From assembly GCA_017614715.1 (NCBI GenBank), contig JAGABI010000011.1:10821-74820 (forward strand): a stretch of 64,000 bases of DNA, given 5' to 3'. The notes under the pieces are model-generated. The model searched no databases. It was not told the DNA's origin and saw nothing but the letters and a program-made list of their open reading frames with translations. Origin of the DNA: Bacteroidales bacterium (GTDB lineage: Bacteria; Bacteroidota; Bacteroidia; Bacteroidales; UBA932). This document shows positions 63,184-64,000 of the stretch, in pieces. A program made the position numbers and the translations under genes. Each line of letters begins with the position of its first letter. Position 1 is the first letter of the stretch.

Positions 63184-64000
63184 TGCTCGGCGGCAAAACC
63201 ATAATCCTCGGAATAGAATCCAGCTGCGACGACACCTCGGCGGCCGTGCTCAGCGACGGTGTGTTGCTCTCCAATGTCATGGCATCGCAGGAGGTGCACC
63301 GCAAATACGGCGGCGTAATCCCGGAACTGGCATCCCGCGCCCATCAGCAGAACATCCTGCCGGTGGTGCAGCAGGCGATAGAGCAATCCGGCATCCAGAT
63401 GGACGATGTAGACGCAATCGCCTATACCCGCGGCCCCGGCCTGCTCGGCAGCCTGATTGTGGGCACATCTTTCGCCAAAGGACTTGCAATCGCCTCCGGC
63501 AAACCCATGATTGAGGTCAACCACCTGCAGGGGCACATCCTCTCCCACTTCATAAAGGTTCCCGGCCGCGAAGTGGACCATCCGCAGTTCCCCTTCCTGG
63601 CGCTGCTAGTCTCCGGCGGCCACACCCAAATTGTGCGAGTGGACGATTATCTGGATTTCACCGTTCTCGGGCAGACCATAGACGACGCCGTGGGCGAAGC
63701 TTTTGACAAGTGCGCCAAGATGCTGGATCTGGGCTATCCCGGCGGCCCCATAATAGACCGCCTTGCCAAAGAGGGCGACCCCAGGCGCTTCCGTTTTGCA
63801 AAGCCGCACATAGAGGGGCTTGACTTCAGCTTCAGCGGCATCAAAACATCACTGCTGTATTATCTGCGTGACAGTCTTAAAGAAGACCCCGACTTCATAG
63901 AGAAAAACAAAAACGACATCTGCGCCAGCTTCCAGAAGGATCTCATAGACATCCTGATGAAGAAGCTGATACGCGCCACCGAGATTACCGGCATCAAACA
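63183..64000 (+). CDS. tsaD: tRNA N6-adenosine threonylcarbamoyltransferase TsaD; 3' end lies outside the window
   Basis: The ATG overlaps the upstream stop (TAATG). My translation MLGGKTIILGIESSCDDTSAAVL...GGVIPELASRAHQQNI...GPGLLGSLIVG...VNHLQGHI matches TsaD/Kae1 motifs. Open to the window end. Confidence 0.9.
   Translation, partial: MLGGKTIILGIESSCDDTSAAVLSDGVLLSNVMASQEVHRKYGGVIPELASRAHQQNILPVVQQAIEQSGIQMDDVDAIAYTRGPGLLGSLIVGTSFAKGLAIASGKPMIEVNHLQGHILSHFIKVPGREVDHPQFPFLALLVSGGHTQIVRVDDYLDFTVLGQTIDDAVGEAFDKCAKMLDLGYPGGPIIDRLAKEGDPRRFRFAKPHIEGLDFSFSGIKTSLLYYLRDSLKEDPDFIEKNKNDICASFQKDLIDILMKKLIRATEITGIK

Noticed and set aside
1-64000. CRISPR arrays, rRNA/tRNA genes, prophage or integrative elements, and recognisable defence systems other than the Rpn and zeta-like genes
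   Set aside because: No regularly spaced direct repeats, no cloverleaf-capable sequences and no integrase, recombinase, RT or phage structural genes appeared in any frame of the ORF track or in my reading of the intergenic regions.

Overview
Dense 64-kb chromosomal window, apparently from a Bacteroidota (Bacteroidales-like) genome. Spot counts on single 60-nt lines give about 55-58% GC in core genes. The phylum call rests on a SusC/SusD pair, a fused FeoA-FeoB, many lipoprotein signal peptides, and repeated TAnnTTTG (-7) promoter boxes 7-32 nt upstream of start codons. I call about 47 protein-coding genes. By eye I found no rRNA, tRNA, CRISPR array, integrase, transposase (apart from one Rpn/PD-(D/E)XK family gene) or phage genes. 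Content from left to right: STAS protein (partial), LTXXQ periplasmic protein, alanine:cation symporter, LD-carboxypeptidase and nucleoside phosphorylase. Next come a LeuA-family synthase divergent from ilvD-ilvB-ilvN-ilvC, then a GH-like lipoprotein. A lower-GC accessory islet (12.7-16.9 kb) holds a small lipoprotein, a GC-rich structured non-coding island, a 40-aa ORF, a FISUMP/DUF1566-type lipoprotein and an Rpn-family nuclease. It is followed by a CyuA-like desulfidase, a translationally coupled uvrB-rsh-uvrA operon, M28 peptidase, ftcD, DUF1846 and DJ-1. Then come two tandem GH78 rhamnosidase paralogs, cstA, a CPA2 antiporter, a third GH78-like gene, ettA, an ABC exporter, serB, slyD, hsp20 and mgtC. 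Next is an MltD-like transglycosylase / orphan zeta-like kinase / DUF2400 cluster. The last large unit is a 12-kb same-strand block: M16 lipoprotein peptidase, SusC-like, SusD-like, Fur-family regulator, P1B ATPase, FeoAB and a FeoB-associated small protein. The window ends with an aminotransferase and tsaD (partial). Most interesting candidates: (1) the M16/SusCD/Fur/ATPase/Feo block, which looks like a metal-regulated protease-associated import system in Sus-like form; (2) unexplained structured non-coding elements at 13.32-13.67 kb and 49.45-49.64 kb, plus twin TAACGTCC..GGACGTTA palindromes at 49.68-49.75 kb; (3) the uvrB-rsh-uvrA operon, whose RSH has a degenerate hydrolase motif. All functional calls come from motif recognition in the supplied translations, not from database searches.
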